In this document: piece after piece, positions 51,501-64,000 of the stretch
Position numbering within the stretch: position 1 is the stretch's first letter
Layout of the letters: each line of letters begins with the position of its first letter
Assembly: GCA_040954595.2 (NCBI GenBank)
Contig: CM082580.2
Location: 5,198,783-5,262,782 of the forward strand
DNA from: Balanoglossus misakiensis
Lineage: Eukaryota; Animalia; Hemichordata
Direction of reading: 5' to 3'
DNA: 64,000 nt
The notes under the pieces: model-generated
Databases searched by the model: none
The model's input: only the letters and a program-made list of their open reading frames with translations
What the model was told of the DNA's origin: nothing
Translations under genes and position numbers: made by a program

Positions 51501-52311
51501 TCATATACTCATTTCAACAATTTTCATCCTTACGTACCCCAGCAATAAAAAAATAGGTACTGAGCGAAAAAATATATATTTGTGTGATTTGAGGCAAGAT
51601 GCAAGGTTCTAAAAAAAAATTACCTGCTGTAGATTTCTTTTGTTTTATTGCAATCATAAAAATTGTCAAAAGTATTCAATGACAGTGACATTGTTTCTTT
51701 CAAAATTATTTTAAAGAATTACTCAAAGGCAACCCACTTTGTATTTGTTCTTGGTTCTTGCCTCAACATGTGAAGGCTGGTGTGGATGTTAAAGGTTACA
51801 TTCTCATTTTCGATGCTGGCATATCTGGTACTATTAATCAAAGGGTGTTAAACCAATTAAAATATGCTAATTGAAAATAATTGTGTGTAAATATATGCCT
51901 TTTATAAATTAGCATGATGCTTCGTATTGGCTAAGGTTCTGTAGTCTGCACGCATAGTATAGTGGCTGTTGTGTTCTTGCCTTTCTGTAATTAATAGCAC
52001 ACATAGTGATAGCCAGGGTTTTGTCCCTTATCGTGGAAGAAATCTGCCTTTGTATGGTATATTTTTGCTTGCCTGTCTAATTTTTTTCTTTCTCTCCAAA
52101 ATATTTGCAGAATGGACTTTGGGACGATCTGAAGCTTGATGATTCGTTCAGCTTGGAGTTGCCCACCAACGGGAACCTGAGCTTCAGCACCAGCCCTCTT
52201 CTCGACCCGTCAGCCGGCGCCGACAAACAGGCCTACGCGGCGCTGGACCCAACCTCGCAGTACGCAATGTTCAGCAGCCCGGGACCCAAGGCAGTCTCTG
52301 CTTTCATGTAG
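45571..52311 (+). CDS. FoxN1/4: Forkhead box N1/4 transcription factor; exons 45571-46328, 47000-47042, 49348-49537, 50407-50603, 52111-52311
   Basis: Spliced forkhead domain [66 protein letters not shown]...[10 protein letters not shown]...[14 protein letters not shown] is diagnostic of FoxN1/N4; acidic C-terminal [19 protein letters not shown] transactivation motif; all junctions GT-AG and in frame. Confidence 0.96.
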
Positions 52312-54912
52312 TCGAGAGTACATCCCCCTTTTTGACCCTCACACCCCCCATCTCCCCTGTAATGACGGGGGCCGACTGCACCGTTGCTGCATCCAATGGT
52401 GGTGAAAGGGTCGGGGAATAAAAAAAAATAGCAGAAACTGTAAATTTGTTTTTAGGGTTAGGTAGCTGTGTCTAGCTTGCAATTTGTTGTGCTTTTGCTG
52501 CCGAGAGTTGACGGAACACGTACATCAGCAGACTTCCCAAAATCCCAAAACAATGACTTCAGAAGACAAAAAAAAAAAACCTATTTTTTTCTGTGCCATA
52601 TGTGAGAAACCTAGAAAGGCCCAAACCAAAGCTTTTTGTAAGTTACGATATATTTCTGATAAGTACTCAGCCAGTGCTTTTTGTCCCCATGACGATAAAA
52701 GGTACTATTCGAGTTCATCCCATGAGTAAGTTACTAGCATATATTTTTTGGACTTTAAAAATTTGACATTCACAGAATTGTGTCATTTGGAAGGATCTGA
52801 TGATAAAAATGGCGGCTTGTCAAAAGTAGTTGATAGCTGTTTATATGTGGCTGCTTACGACACACTCTCTGCCCTGAAAACTCTGTGAGAGTAGTGAAAT
52901 TTTGTCATTCGTGGAAGCTTCCATCACAGGTTTTTTAGGGGTGGACAGGGGTACACGACAAGAAAGTACAAGATTAGACTAGTTAAGAAAGCTGACAGCT
53001 TTAAAACAGATAGCTTTTTTTCTTGATATTAAACAGCTCTTTAAGCATATTGCTGAAAGCAAATGCCTTACAAGAGTTCATTTGTGGGGCCAAAATCGCA
53101 AGAGTTTTTGCCTCTTATTGGTCGATACTTTCCCTTTAAAACATGTAAATTTTTAAACGAAAATCTTTTGCATTTTATCTGTAGACAGTGTTTTTTTTAA
53201 ATTTAAGTCACTGAAATGAGATGTTTTCTTTATGTTTAGAAATGCGAGAGGTCAAATTTTTTAACATTCAGTGCAATTTCAATGTAAATAGTTTATGTTA
53301 TTCCAGTTAAGTTTTTTTATTACGTTGTTCATTCTGGCTTGACTTTATTGTTTTGTTTTGTTATGTTTTTTTTGCCTTTGACTCGGTCTGTTGTGCTACG
53401 GGGGATATTTGGGAAAGAAACAGTGATAGGAAAACACTGGCGTGTGGTTGATGGCCCTGAGTGATTATATTATGTGTTGCAAGGACTATGGCAGTACTAA
53501 TTGTTAGTGAGTGAGTGAAAAAACGGGGGGAGTAATCATTTTAATCATGATTCTAAAATTGCCAAGCAGGGTTCGATGCTGAGTTTTCTTTCGAAACATA
53601 AGGTACATGATCAATGTGTGATTAAGGGTGACTGGTTCAAATTCTGATGCAGACGTGAACTCGATGATGAATGGACAAATTGCGAAGAAAAAAAAAATCT
53701 TGGACTCGACAGATCTGCGCATGCACCATGGTCGAATGGATCTCGTGGTCTACGAAAATTCTCTGCTATGCAACATTTTTGTACTTCAGAAATCGTGCCT
53801 TGATTGTTAATCAGAAATCCAAGACTGGTGTTATTTGTCTTGGGCTATTACCAAAAATTCCAGACAGAAATATCTGAAAAAACTACTGAAAACACCATCT
53901 TTTGAATATCCGATAACAGACTGTGGGGGCGCCCATCAAAACATACCAGTCTTGGAATTCGGTTTAGACCATAATTATGCCAATATGTCAATGGAACATG
54001 TAATCATTGGTTGTCATTGTACATATATGAAAAAAACTATAAATTGGAATGTTTCTCAACCTATTTCTCTGTATTAATCCATGTTTATTTTCTCAAAATA
54101 TATGTAATGATATTGTACATAAACCAGAAAAGACCCATTTATTTTTGCTACAGCAATCATTTTCCCAGTGTGAACCTGTGTGTAAACATTTAATCTTTTG
54201 AAACAATGTGACCATGTCTTTTATCCAATAAAAATTTTCAAAACCTCATATATGAGTGTTGTGGTGGTTCCTTGAAAGCTGGACAATGGTTTAGGCATAT
54301 CACTCCCTGATGCCTCCAATACCAAGAATCATTAATATCAAGACATTTTCTATGAAAGTTTTTATTTCAGACCAAGATTTTCTGATTGTGAACCAATATA
54401 TACACTCAATCTAAAATCCCATGTAAAAGTGTCCAATAGTCCATATATACGGTAAAATGACACTGATATTCTCTTGTATTGAAACATGTACAGAACTTTG
54501 ATAAAACATGATGCAGGTTCAACCGCCTTTCACACATCATCCCTATATGTATCATTGGCAACAACATTACTTAGAAGTTCTCCCCTGTAGTGATGAACAT
54601 GCCACGATTCTATACATCTGTGATAGTGCCAAATATACACACTTCATAATTCAAATATATACAGATAAACATATCTTTACCGCAAAACTTTCTCACAGAT
54701 ATCCACATAACTTATGGGATCATATTTGGTTATGACAACAGGTGATATCACATGTCATTAAAAAAAGTGTTGTGTGGTAGTTCACTTCCTATTAAACATT
54801 GCAGCCGACACCTTGAGCAATGTCGTTCAAATGCACAGGTTTCGTCTCTGTCATGTCCACTGTTCTTTCAGTTTGAGAGTGTCACCGCAGAGAACACACA
54901 TACACACTGGTC

Positions 54913-57573
54913 TCATTTGAACCTGACCGTGATGACCTGCGGCGTGGGCATGAGATCGTTGGGTTCCTTCTGCCGCCTCTCCTCAAACTTGGGCACTTGC
55001 GACCAGTCGAAAATGGAATACTGCATGACTGAACGCTTCATGGCCCGGGCAGTGATGGCGTCGTCTGGGTTGGCGAGTGGAGGGCTGAAAATGAAACCAG
55101 AGAAAAAATGGAAGGGACGCTTTACAAGTGATGTCTCATTGGACCCAACCATACTTTCAACAAACAAACAAGCAAGCAAATAAACAAACATGCATTGGAG
55201 GATTAGGAAGCAAGAAGCATATCTCCCATATCAATCATTCTCATGAAAAACAAGGCTTTCGGGAACTTTTAGTCATTTGAAAAATTTGTGGAATTAATCT
55301 GCCAGACATAAGTCAACTAAGAAATGCATGCAAACTCATGGCTTTTATACAAGACCTTGGCTCAGCTAAACTGGGCAATATTCGAAAGCAACCTGCTATG
55401 GTAGTTAGTCAGCTGTAGAGAGACAGCAGCAACAGAATCAGAAAATGCAAAAACCATCCCATAAATTACATCATAATTAAAGCATTTGTTACATTTTTAA
55501 GTGGAGTGCAAAGATGAGTGTACACTTGTAATGTATTTTTACCTGTGAAAATTATTTGCAACTTCCCTCCTTGGATCGTAATCCCCCTCATCGTTCATTT
55601 CCATCAGACTGACCCCTCTGATTGGCGGGCCTTCGCATCGCCGCCCGAACGCAATACTCTCGTTCAAGACTTCCCGTTCTTGATCGTAAATCTGGCTGCT
55701 CTTTTCACACTCTTCCTTCAAGACCTCTGTCGAAAGAAAGATAGCAGACAACAACAGTCAATGCAAATGTGAATACTGAAAAGATATCTATTAAAAGGAA
55801 CACACACAGCCCTTCTCTGTCTTTTTTCGCTGTAGGCCATTTTAAAATGTTAAGGTAGTATGCACCCCAGCGTCAGATTTTCGGAAAAATTTCTTATTTG
55901 ATAGGTCTTTGCAACTACAGCAGAGTCAGACACAAACTTACCCGCTCTGTCCAAAAGCTCAACAGATGGAACATGGTAGATAACAAACAACCTGTATTCT
56001 TTCTCTTGGGCTAGAGGATTGCTAAATAAATCTGTCAAAATAAATGGTAAAATTCAAAATTATTGTGGGAACTAAAAATAAAAACATTTAAAACGTTTGT
56101 AGGAATTTAAGGATAATCTTCACACACTGAGTATATGAACTCAAAATAAAACTACAAAACACTTTAATCTGAAGGTGCAGAAGTACAGTGATGAGAGAAT
56201 TTGGATGCATGCATATTTAAAATAAAATTAAAACTTTGATTACAAGCAAGTACCAATAAAATAAACTATTTGTGTAGCCATTCGTATACATTCTGCACCC
56301 ATGGATGCCTAAATACAGTTATATTTGTTCAACCATGTTAAAATATCACATTAACTTTTATTCCATCAATCATTTTTTTTTTCTTTCTTGGTTTAAAAAA
56401 CTGTTTGTACAGTACTTACTGAGGACTTTGAGTGACTGCATAGCTCTGAATTCCCGCACTGTCTTTTCGAGCTTGGTGAGTTGGTTTCTCTGAAGCATCA
56501 GCGTGTGCAGACTCGTGAGGTGTCCCAGTGCCCCGCTGATGTCCACCAACTGATTGTTCTCCAGATACAGTTCCGAGAGTCTGTAGTTCATTTTCAGACA
56601 GTGGATCCTTCTGAGTTTGTTTCCATTCAGCCACAGGTGATTCAGCATCTTGAATCTCGATAAATCTGTCACCTCCTCCAGGTTGCTGTGAAAGAGCAAG
56701 ATCTTTGATATTTAAAATTTTCCAGGTCTTAAATTGTGACTGTGCACAAATAAATGTTGCATGATTAGAGAAATTGTACAACAAATACTATTTTTAACTT
56801 CTTCTGAACTTCTACTGTAAATACCAGTATAAGGTTGGGAGATGCATTTCTTTATAGGGACTCTTAGCAGTAATAGATCTCCTAGGTTGAAATAAATGAC
56901 CTCTATGTAATGTAACTTGTCAGAATTTTTTTCAACCATTTACATTTAAAGCAATGGATATGAACCAAAACAACAACAACAGTTTGTTTTATCTAAATCA
57001 GGATACATGCACCAACCTATTGGCCAAATAAAGCTGGGTAACGTCAACATCTTTCCTTATACCTTGTTTCTTCATCTGTTTCTTTATTAACTAGAAAAAA
57101 ACGAAGCAATGCCATGAGTTCCATTTTTCAGCAACATGTGTTAAAATTGTTACACTCCAACCATTCCTTCAGTGTCAACGATTTATTCGCACTAAATACC
57201 ACCGCACCCTGGAAATGCGAATATGGACTTCAAAGTTAAGCCTGATGGGCTTTTGAGACACTTGTAAACTTAGAATTTGGAAAAGACAGAAAAGTCACGT
57301 TCCTGTGAAACGCCGATTCTATTTCCATGACAACAGACGCCAAAACGCGCATCAGTGTCACAGCAAGGAATCGAACACATTTTATACATCAACTTCAAGT
57401 CGTCGCAAATATCTCTGAACGTTCCCAAATTACACAGACGGATTTGTTCTGTAAAGTTATTCAACACACGTTCGCAGTACTTTCTGTAAATCTACTAAAA
57501 CTATCTTTGATGGGGCAAAAATTACCTCCTCCGACTGCATTTCTGTGTTTGTTGATGTTGCCACGACCGCCAT
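54913..57573 (-). CDS. LRRC72: Leucine-rich repeat-containing protein 72-like; exons ~57573-57526, 57090-57017, 56685-56419, 56031-55942, 55726-55543, 55084-54913
   Basis: SDS22-type LRRs (LNHLWLNGNKL, LSELYLENNQL, LHTLMLQRNQL), LRRcap NPLAQEKEYRLFVIYHVPSVELLD, then SIAFG and DPDDA...RAMKRSVM...DW..VP..EER...QVITVRFK, which match my recollection of the LRRC72 C-terminus. Confidence 0.88.
57321..57334. promoter_or_regulatory. Candidate RFX X-box in LRRC72 intron 1
   Basis: ATTTCCATGACAAC (reverse GTTGTCATGGAAAT) approximates the X-box GTTNCCATGGNAAC; a half-site GTTGCCACGAC lies at ~57557. Confidence 0.45.
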
Positions 57574-59202
57574 CTTTAGTTCTGCTGCAAGTATTTTCTT
57601 CGTAGACTGTGCGTTCGTTTCGTTCAAGTTACGTCGAAGATACTAAGTGTAATACATACAATCGTCAGTATACTCTTAATGTCTATATTAATGTTTATAT
57701 TAATATTATTTATCGTAATTGTGACAGACCAATGTTTATTTTTTGACGAAAATCGGTACTGCATATGTTGCCAGAGCTACTTTCCACCGAAACACGCCCT
57801 CTATACTCAGAAAGCTCTTTTCTTTGTCTTTTGTTTCTTACCGAAACTCATAAATGCATTCGGAAAGGTTGTCCAGTCGTCCAGATAATCACTTTTACTT
57901 TTTCCATAGTCTTTTTATTTACAGTGCTTTTGCTTTACCTTGGTAAACTGTTGACTTGAAAATAACAGACGTCGACTGGAAGACCCATCAGTAAGATTAA
58001 AATTTCCCAGTCTATCCTTTCAAGCTAAGTTGTGATTTGAGACAAGAATATTTTGTCTGACTGTTCAGTTTCTAAATAGTTGTAAACAAAATGATTTCCT
58101 GCTGAGTTTTAGGTGATTGGAATAAATTCACTTTGAACTTTTTTTTCAAAATGATCGATGATATGAATGACTTGTGCGATGCGTTAATTACTCACCTCTC
58201 TGTCTATCCCGCTCTCTTTCTGTCTCTCTCAGATTTATAACATAATTATGACTCAGCCATCAACGTATAATGAACCGTGAAAATTCGAAACTAGGGTGAC
58301 ATTTCAAGATTCAACGGAATTTTTTATTGCCAGCAAATTTTGAGTGATAAAATTCAAAACGAAGTGTGTAATATTATATTGACACACACACAAAAAACTT
58401 GAACTTTGTGCAGGCGTGACTGGGCCCGGTGCACATATGAAGCCTACTGTAAGATATTAATGTCCCAGGTTTAACTTTTGCCGTATATTCGCCAAATAAA
58501 TCGGTCGTTTTAAGTGCCCCTTGTGGTGATTATGTCAAGGTGAATTATCATTGTTAGAATTTCATCAATTTTCACGTGGGAAATCAGTAGGCCTATGATC
58601 AGGTTCACTGTTTGTATAGAGTTCTTGGTATTTTCGAGGAGATACCCTGACTGCAGGCAAAAAACATGGCTCAAACTGTATTCCAGCTTCGTTCCCCGTC
58701 TTAGTACAGAACGTCTTGAATATTGAGCACAATTCGAGAATCAGCTGATATTAAACACTGTGACTGCAGCAATAATGCTATATTTGGAAAGTCTGTGGAA
58801 TCGCAACTATTTGGGGCTAGCCTTTACCGTTTCAAGATCCCCAACATTTACATCTGGAAATTACTCGTTCTGCGAGGTATATATAGTCTATAATGTACTT
58901 AAGAAACGTCCATTTTAATACCTATGTCTATTTTGAGTCACTTATTTTCAGAGGTGAGTTAAACCTATGAAATGTTATCGATGTTTTTAATTTTGATACC
59001 TTGAAACAGTTTTAAAGTGATGTTCTCATTTCAGCTGGTGGGGGCGTACTTCCGCATCTCTCTCGTTCGGCGAGTTGTGTGTCATATATTCGCGAGCAGC
59101 GGAGGTCGTCAACTCTCGCCAGGAACTGATCTAGACTGACTTGATCGACAAAAGCTGGATGCTCGATCGGTCCCGTAACACTTGTGCTTAGAGCCGTTCA
59201 AC

Positions 59203-59259
59203 ATGCCGGTGTTTCACACGAAGACTATCGAGGCCATTCTGGACCCTGTCGCCCAGCAG
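59203..59259 (+). CDS. VCL: Vinculin, first coding exon (gene continues beyond the window)
   Basis: MPVFHTKTIEAILDPVAQQ followed by gtaaga donor; nearly identical to the conserved vinculin N-terminus MPVFHTRTIESILEPVAQQ. Confidence 0.93.
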
Positions 59260-62200
59260 GTAAGACTACATGTATTAGACATAGAGGCATACATACATAT
59301 AAGATGGGGCACGAAGTCAGCAGTGTATGTGAGAATGTCTTACCACCAGCAATACCCGTGCTACTTTCGATAGGTTATGTATGACACTGGGTGCGCTGGC
59401 TGTTCGACATTCTCCACATCCCTGGCTGATATATTTGTTATTATAAAACGAAAGAGAGCACCATCCGATCAGTAACAACAAATGACAGTGCAGTATCAGA
59501 AGCGAGATGCGACCTTGCAACAAGAGCCCTGTCCAACTTTGGTACCATTGAAACCAGACCCAACCCTATGGCCAGACAAAAGTGTTAACAGCATGGACGT
59601 AAAAAGCTTGTCCTGTAGATGTACTAATGAACTTATTGTGAATCTTTAGTGCAACTGATCACTGCGGTTTGACATTGCATATTCAGGCAGGCCCTGAATG
59701 CAATGCTGTGGTCTGGTGCTGCCCCTCCCATCGCCAACGTGTAAACACAGAAATGTCGTCCAGTGGCGCCCCCCCCCCACATGGACGGTGGTAATGTTTA
59801 AAATCGGGGTTTCCTCACTGCTCCAATCTTGACATTGCAGTTTAATTATCAGTTTTACCGTGGAGGTAAACCATGGTTTTATTGCTTAATTCAAATTACC
59901 AGCCATCACTCAGTGCAGTGTCCGTATGTCAGATGAACTGCAGCAGTGCAGGTCTTGGAAACTTTCACGGCCCCAGGGTTCACCCATGCATACATATAGG
60001 GCAGCCAGGGTGTTTAAAAACCACCAGCTACTGTGAAAGCTTGTCGAAGAGTTGAAAGTATACTGTCAGGAGTTTAGAGTTTATTTTTTAAGAGACACAC
60101 AAATCTAAATAATCCCCTGACTCACATCCAGGTCATGGGAAGCAGGGGTCATTTGGGCCACTTCACTGTAGTTTTCTGTTTGTCAAAAGCATAAATTCCA
60201 AAAATTCCACCCGGTGTCACATCCCGGTGTATCTCACTACAGAAAGGCTGTCCGTATTATTATGTTCAGGCTAAACTGGCTGACAAATTGATGACAAATT
60301 CATTTGCCATTCTCCACATTTATCCTAAGTGAGTCAGAATTTCTAGAATGGCTTCTGTCGTATAATGGATCAGCAAAACGTTATTTGAAAGCTTTCAATT
60401 TCTTTCCGATGTAGACTCATGATCAATCACTATGTATCATATGTATAAGCACTGCAGTACAGTAATCTTTTGTCTTAGCTCATGCATTTTATGCATATTC
60501 CAACAGTTTCAGGTGAACAAACTGACGCAAAGTGCTTACAGAGAATTAATTCAGGGGGACCTGAGTTTTATTTTGCATAGTGTAATGAAAGCTGTTTTTT
60601 CTGAAGTTCTCATCTGGACATTTGATATCATGGCTCTTACTACTGATGTAGGATCGTGAATGATTTTCTTTTGAGACTGAAGTGAGTCTTGTTTGCGGTG
60701 TGGGATTTCGGTAATCGGTTCGTGCCAGGGTCGGACTCAGGAATTTGAATGCCAAGTGGGGGGAAGACAAATGAAATCATTGTGTGACAAGTGTTGGATG
60801 TCAAGTGCGCTTGACCTTGTGTGACCTTTAAGAAGTTGCAAACTGGTGAAAGAGACACCTGGAAATTGTAACTTGATAAGTTTGTTGAAGGTGCAATGTT
60901 TTTGTAAGTGAAAATGCATGTGGAGGGTTGGATGAGATGCCAAATTGTTGAATGTGACATTGAGTTTGACATTGAGATTTTGCATATTTTTATGAGAATG
61001 ACCTATGATATAAGTGGCATATATTTTGGAAGGTTGGATATTTACAAAAATAATACTATAATACTAGAAACATTTATTTACACTGAAATGTATAAGGAGT
61101 GGAAGAATCTGGAACACCCATGATGTACTTTGAACTACTGCAGGGAAGATTTTATTATGATATTAAATGTTAGACTATAACTATTTACACAAGTGTATTT
61201 GGTAATTTATTGCAAACAGGGTTTGAAAATGAAGTAAAGACCTAAAACTGAGTAAATGTTAAACCTTAAGATTTAAGAAGAATTTTTGATAAGTTGATTG
61301 CATTTTCCTCATCACTTTTAAAGTCAGAAAATTAATCAATCTTGATGGTATCATGAATGAACCATACAGAGTACAACATTTGTCAGATGAAATGAATGAG
61401 TTGAGTTGACCTGATCAGGACAGTGGCCTTTTGTTGCCAGGCAACTGACCCTTAGTCAAATAGTGATACATGCCTGTAATGTATTTTAGTGTATCTTTAC
61501 TTTATTACTGTCATGAATTTCAAAAAAGGTCAAAGTGCATTGAAGTTCATAAATAAGACAGTAGAGGGAATTAGCATAAATTTTCAAGTACAGTTTTAAA
61601 TAGATCCTCCACTCCTTATAGCAACTCAAGTGATCTTCTTCGATTCTGTCACATACTAATGGGAAAGTGTTTAATAGCAAAGAGGTGACAGCATAAAATT
61701 CAAGAGGCTGTTGGATTCTTTGGGATGACTAGTATGATTGAGTGATGACTCATTTTTTTGTTTGATTAAAAAGTTCTCTCTTATCTGCATGTATGTCACC
61801 CTGTATGAATTCCTTCAGTGTCAACTTTCTTAATTTCTAAAAAGAATATATTGAAAAAACAAAATTTAAAAATTTAAATCAGAATTTTAGTTGTCAACGT
61901 GGCAGTGAATGTTCAGACATAAATACATCAAAGAATATAATGGATATTGACATAATCACTTTATCCCCCCTGCTAAGGTACATTGTAATAAAATCTTGAC
62001 ATAACATTATTACATAGCTATTGTATGCTGTAAAATATTAAATTGATGTCCATATGGATTTTAATATGATACTGTTTGCCCAGTTTTCAATACATCAAGC
62101 AATATCAGAAAACCCTATGCCCGGTTTCCCTTGTGGATTTAATTGCAGGATATCTATCAATTGTTGTATTTCATTTTTTATCAACACGCTTGATTGAATG

Positions 62201-62533
62201 AAGAGAGTCTAGATATTAATGTCCACTCCTTTTGAAAGCAAATTATGCGTGGCCATCATTTTGGAAAATTTACTGTGTCTCGTATATCATCATCATACGT
62301 TCCTTCAGGGGCTGAGTTAGGTGTGAATAATGGCAGTTATGTGGAGATAATGTCTGTCCTTTGTCAGTCATTGTTATGAGAGCTGTAGATATCTCATTTC
62401 ATTTTATAGAATAAACAAATATCAGGCATAGGGCTCAGCGGCTGACTCAGAAATTTTTAGAAACCTTCAAATTGACTCCAGGCTTTTAAAAACTATGTTT
62501 GTTGGAAGACACACTGCTTGAGAAACAAAACAA

Positions 62534-62941
62534 AATTAAAGCTGCGAGCAGCATTGTCGGGCCCAAGCGCTGCTCTCGAATTATATATGCACAGTATGAA
62601 TGTGAAGAAACAGAATTTTCTATCGGGTGTATTATCTCATGACATAACAAGGACGTATGTATTTTTGCTGCTGAAATAGGGTGAAGTAGGTCAAAGGACA
62701 CCTGAGGTCACCCAACATCCAATATGGCCGCCAGGTCACGTGACTAATTAAGTATTCACAAGTCACTGCACATCTACTCATAGACCTTGACCACTGTAGC
62801 AAGTTTGAGCAGTGTACCTGCAGTAGTTTCAGAGATTTAGTTGGCCGAAGAATTGACACAAGAATAAAGAAAGAAAGAAAGAAAGAAAAATTCCAACGAA
62901 ACCAATAGGGCCCAAGCGCTTGCTTGCGCTTGGGCCCTAAA
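62534..62941 (-). mobile_element. ~400-bp non-autonomous Helentron/Helitron2-like (HINE-type) element in vinculin intron 1
   Basis: One end is a 14-bp perfect hairpin tagggcccaagcgc-ttgctt-gcgcttgggcccta (62906-62939); the other end has a third copy of gggcccaagcgc (~62559-62570) next to a short hairpin gctgc-ga-gcagc and an A/T-run insertion site. Confidence 0.7.
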
Positions 62942-64000
62942 TACAATTGTATGATACAGGTTCTTTTTTCTGCATATGTGTAACACCGTATATCTTGCAG
63001 TACTGACTGGCAGGTGTTATTGAGGAAAGCAAAACAGTTGAGAATTCTGTTTAGATGACCTTTTGACCTCTACACCAAGGTCTGCCTGGCCTGGCCAGCC
63101 CAGGGGTTGATTCCCTCTACACTTGATTTCACACGGAGTGGAGCCAATCCCATCTCAAAAACTTAGCCAACTTTAGGCAAAATTCAAAAGAAAAATGTGT
63201 CTTGATGACAATAAAATTTTGAAAATAACAAAAATCATATTTATAGGAACATCCTGAAAAATTGAATTTAGCAGTTTGCAGGAAAGTAAGATGAGCATAC
63301 TGAGTTGCATTGCAGGGGGAATTATACAACTACATGTAGCATGAATGAGAAGACACCATGATAACTGAATTTATTAAAAGTTTAAAACTACTGAAAGAAA
63401 TCTAGGATAGTTTTAACTGGACAATCTAATTTTCTTGCACAGACATTCACAATGTAAAAAGGGTAGGCTTCGTGCAATGACCCTGTCTGATACTGTAGTA
63501 GTGTACTCGAGAGGTCAGTAGGCCCACCCATCCTGGTGAGTGGAGTGTATGTGTACCAAGATGGCCGTCTGTATCAATGACAGTGCTGGGTGTGGTGGTA
63601 GGCAGCTGGATAGTCTCAACTGAGACATTTTTGAGAAACTCCTGAATAAATTTGGGTTCAGCAACGCATTGCTGGACACTGAATTTTCACCTGTATTAAG
63701 TGAGATTTGAAATTCGGGAATTTGGAGATCAGCTAAGAATTAAAAATTGGTGGGATGACTTCACCATATGTGTTGTCCTACTCAGGACCTCACATTGCAG
63801 AAGAGATTTGACTTTGTTTTGTGTTTTGGGGTCAAGTTCATTGTACTGAAACTATGTCACAAGAATTGTGACCTGTAACTCTATAAGGGCAAAACTTGCA
63901 ACACATACCAATAGTCTTATTCAGTTATTTAAATTTTCCGTGCTTGTGGTGGAACGATGACCCATTCTGCATACAAGAGGCAATTGACTTGGTATATGAT

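Noticed and set aside
58514-58529. CTCF-like motif between LRRC72 and vinculin (and similar at ~33120, ~22833)
   Set aside because: Each deviates from the core consensus by a missing base or multiple mismatches; not supportable by eye.
62719-62727. CArG-like ccaatatgg in the vinculin intron
   Set aside because: Only five A/T between CC and GG, and it lies inside the transposon.
1-64000. Prokaryotic systems (operons, CRISPR arrays, defence islands), rRNA or tRNA genes
   Set aside because: Sequence is spliceosomal-intron-containing metazoan DNA; no repeat-spacer array or structured RNA gene was recognised.

Overview
Intron-rich eukaryotic (invertebrate metazoan, probably non-vertebrate deuterostome such as a hemichordate or amphioxus; inferred, not provable here) genomic DNA. 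Left to right: ~10 kb mostly non-coding region with a minus-strand exon cut by the window edge; a small single-coding-exon secreted prepropeptide with a cationic six-Cys mature peptide (10206-10463); a four-exon secreted Tyr/Asp/Gly-rich protein ending in one thyroglobulin type-1 domain (11423-13391); a tandem array of three OGFr-like (opioid growth factor receptor domain) genes on the minus strand (two apparently intact, one truncated), the middle copy carrying an inserted five-exon SLC13 transporter fragment in intron 1; synaptojanin (minus) head-to-head with FoxN1/4 (plus); LRRC72 (minus); and the first coding exon of vinculin with a long first intron containing a Helentron-like non-autonomous element. 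The least explained and most interesting items are the two adjacent secreted-protein genes, the dual-start OGFr-like paralogs, the captured SLC13 fragment and a 9-nt candidate neural microexon in synaptojanin. All gene models were assembled by eye from GT-AG sites and frame continuity; no database searches were run.
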